Shown: positions 62,720 to 64,000 of the stretch, piece after piece
How positions within the stretch are numbered: the first letter of the stretch is position 1
How the letters are laid out: each line of letters opens with the position of its first letter
Assembly: GCA_963706595.1 (NCBI GenBank)
Contig: OY970166.1
Coordinates: forward strand, 128,001 to 192,000
DNA length: 64,000 bases
Origin: an uncultured cyanobacterium
GTDB taxonomy: Bacteria > Cyanobacteriota > Cyanobacteriia > Cyanobacteriales > Nostocaceae
Reading direction: 5' to 3'
Translations under genes and position numbers: made by a program
The notes under the pieces: model-generated
Told to the model about the DNA's origin: nothing
Seen by the model: the letters and a program-made list of their open reading frames with translations, nothing else
Databases searched by the model: none

Positions 62720-64000
62720 CTACACTGTTTTTTCCTGACAGTGTAGGCTTCCCAATTCATTCGGGATAGTGAAATTTTCAACTGTGTGAAGTTGTCCCCG
62801 AAAATATAACCGATACAACTCACAAGCAGGAGTACAGCGATCGCCTGACAAGTTCACCAGCCCCATACTATGTAACTTATATGCGATAACTGGCGGTAAT
62901 TTCACATCATTGACTGCCATAATTACCTCAGAGAAAGCAGTAGCCAATTCAGACTCCCCTTGCAACACCAATACATACTGCTTTAAATACTCGTGATAAA
63001 TTCCCTCTGTAGTCGCAGCTTGTTTTAGTAGTGACTGTAAGTTCCCTTCTAACCCTCCCCTACTCACAAGGTGATACAAAGCCAATCTGACTAAATAAGG
63101 ATGTCCCCCCACCATCGCCATCAAACTATCAGTATTCTGACTATCAACCCAATCTAAACCATGACGTTGAGCCAAATCCTCAACCTGCTCCTTTGTAAAA
63201 CTTGGTAACTTAATTAACAACCCCAGATTAAATGGGGATTTAGTCAATTTTAAAAAAGCAATAATTTCCTGAGAATAAACCAATACTAAGCGGAGTTTTT
63301 GCCAAACTTCCAGCATTTTGGATTGTTCATACCAAGAACGCATTAAAGGTAGAAATTCCTCAGCAATCTCAGGATATTCAAATACCCAATCTACTTCATT
63401 TAATACCAACACCACAGGACTTTTCACAGCAGTCAGCAAATACTTTTGGAAATAGATAGTACAGCTAACTTTACTACCCATATCCTCATCCCAGTAATCA
63501 TTAAGTTTTGGTTCTAACTGTAACTCCCGGCTCACATTGGCACATAACCAGCGCAAAAACTTATCCAAACTGCTAAAAACTGCTTTATCCGCTTGCTGAA
63601 AATCCAAACTAACGGTAGAAAAACCTGCATTATTAGCCCGTGCAATTACCCGGAGAATCAGAGAACTTTTCCCCATTTTCTTGGGAGATTGGATACAGAC
63701 AACACTTCCTGGTGTAGATATTTCTTCATAGATAAGTTCTTCTATTGGCGGGCGAGGAATGTATAATCTAGAATTAAGAGATACTGGGCTATTAGGAAAT
63801 TCTAAGGATATGGCAGTTGCCGCCCGGTTAAACTCCTTAATTAACTGTTGATGGGTTTTATTGAGACGGCGAGATAACAAGTTTTCACGAAAGTTAGATT
63901 TATTAATCGGTTCCTGCCAAAAATCGCTTAAAACTTGCCATAAATGAGCAGCAACTTTCCGCACCCGCTCTTCCCCATAGTGAGCTTCAAAAGCTATACT
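62720..64000 (-). CDS. AAA_35-type (STAND-like) NTPase-domain protein, 5' end outside the window
   Basis: Frame open to 64000 (SIAFEAHYGEERVRKVAAHLW...). YIPRPPIEE, SPKKMGKSSL, LVLNEVD, SPFNLG and GGHPYLV. Confidence 0.85.
   Translation of the reverse strand, partial: SIAFEAHYGEERVRKVAAHLWQVLSDFWQEPINKSNFRENLLSRRLNKTHQQLIKEFNRAATAISLEFPNSPVSLNSRLYIPRPPIEELIYEEISTPGSVVCIQSPKKMGKSSLILRVIARANNAGFSTVSLDFQQADKAVFSSLDKFLRWLCANVSRELQLEPKLNDYWDEDMGSKVSCTIYFQKYLLTAVKSPVVLVLNEVDWVFEYPEIAEEFLPLMRSWYEQSKMLEVWQKLRLVLVYSQEIIAFLKLTKSPFNLGLLIKLPSFTKEQVEDLAQRHGLDWVDSQNTDSLMAMVGGHPYLVRLALYHLVSRGGLEGNLQSLLKQAATTEGIYHEYLKQYVLVLQGESELATAFSEVIMAVNDVKLPPVIAYKLHSMGLVNLSGDRCTPACELYRLYFRGQLHTVENFTIPNELGSLHCQEKTV

Overview
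Core chromosome of a heterocyst-forming cyanobacterium (Nostocales). The evidence is frequent HIP1 GCGATCGC, heptamer STRR repeats, hetZ-patU and beta-carboxysome genes. Positions 1-33 kb follow the gene order I recall for the Anabaena PCC 7120 mreB to pdhB region: mreB, ssb, SIMPL, Na+/H+ antiporter, amiC, murI, sds, hetZ-patU5-patU3, transglutaminase, rnc, remA, gmk, psaL/J/F, tsaD, tRNA-Pro, tic22, prmC, tsaC, a hepN-like kinase, secF/D and pdhB. Positions 33-45 kb are the CO2-concentrating locus (cupB-ndhD4-ndhF4 divergent from ccmK2K1LMNO and a LysR regulator). Positions 46.4-53 kb are an accessory patch. It holds an orphan DUF433 antitoxin with a toxin stub, a P450, a decayed parA, and a 3.9-kb cassette bounded by 42-bp palindromic direct repeats. 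The cassette encodes a P-loop ATPase, a coupled inactive-NTPase/hypervariable-TPR protein and a toxin-first PIN pair, and is the best candidate for an undescribed immune-like system. The rest holds ccmK3/K4, a HetZ paralogue, an ATPase-less PilB/GspE-like protein, Crp, an IS200/IS605 (tnpB) relic, an M61 peptidase and a partial AAA_35 gene. Five single-base frameshifts (ssb, a hypothetical gene, rnc, ccmM, a hydrolase) look like sequencing errors. All calls are from reading the sequence and recall; no searches were run.
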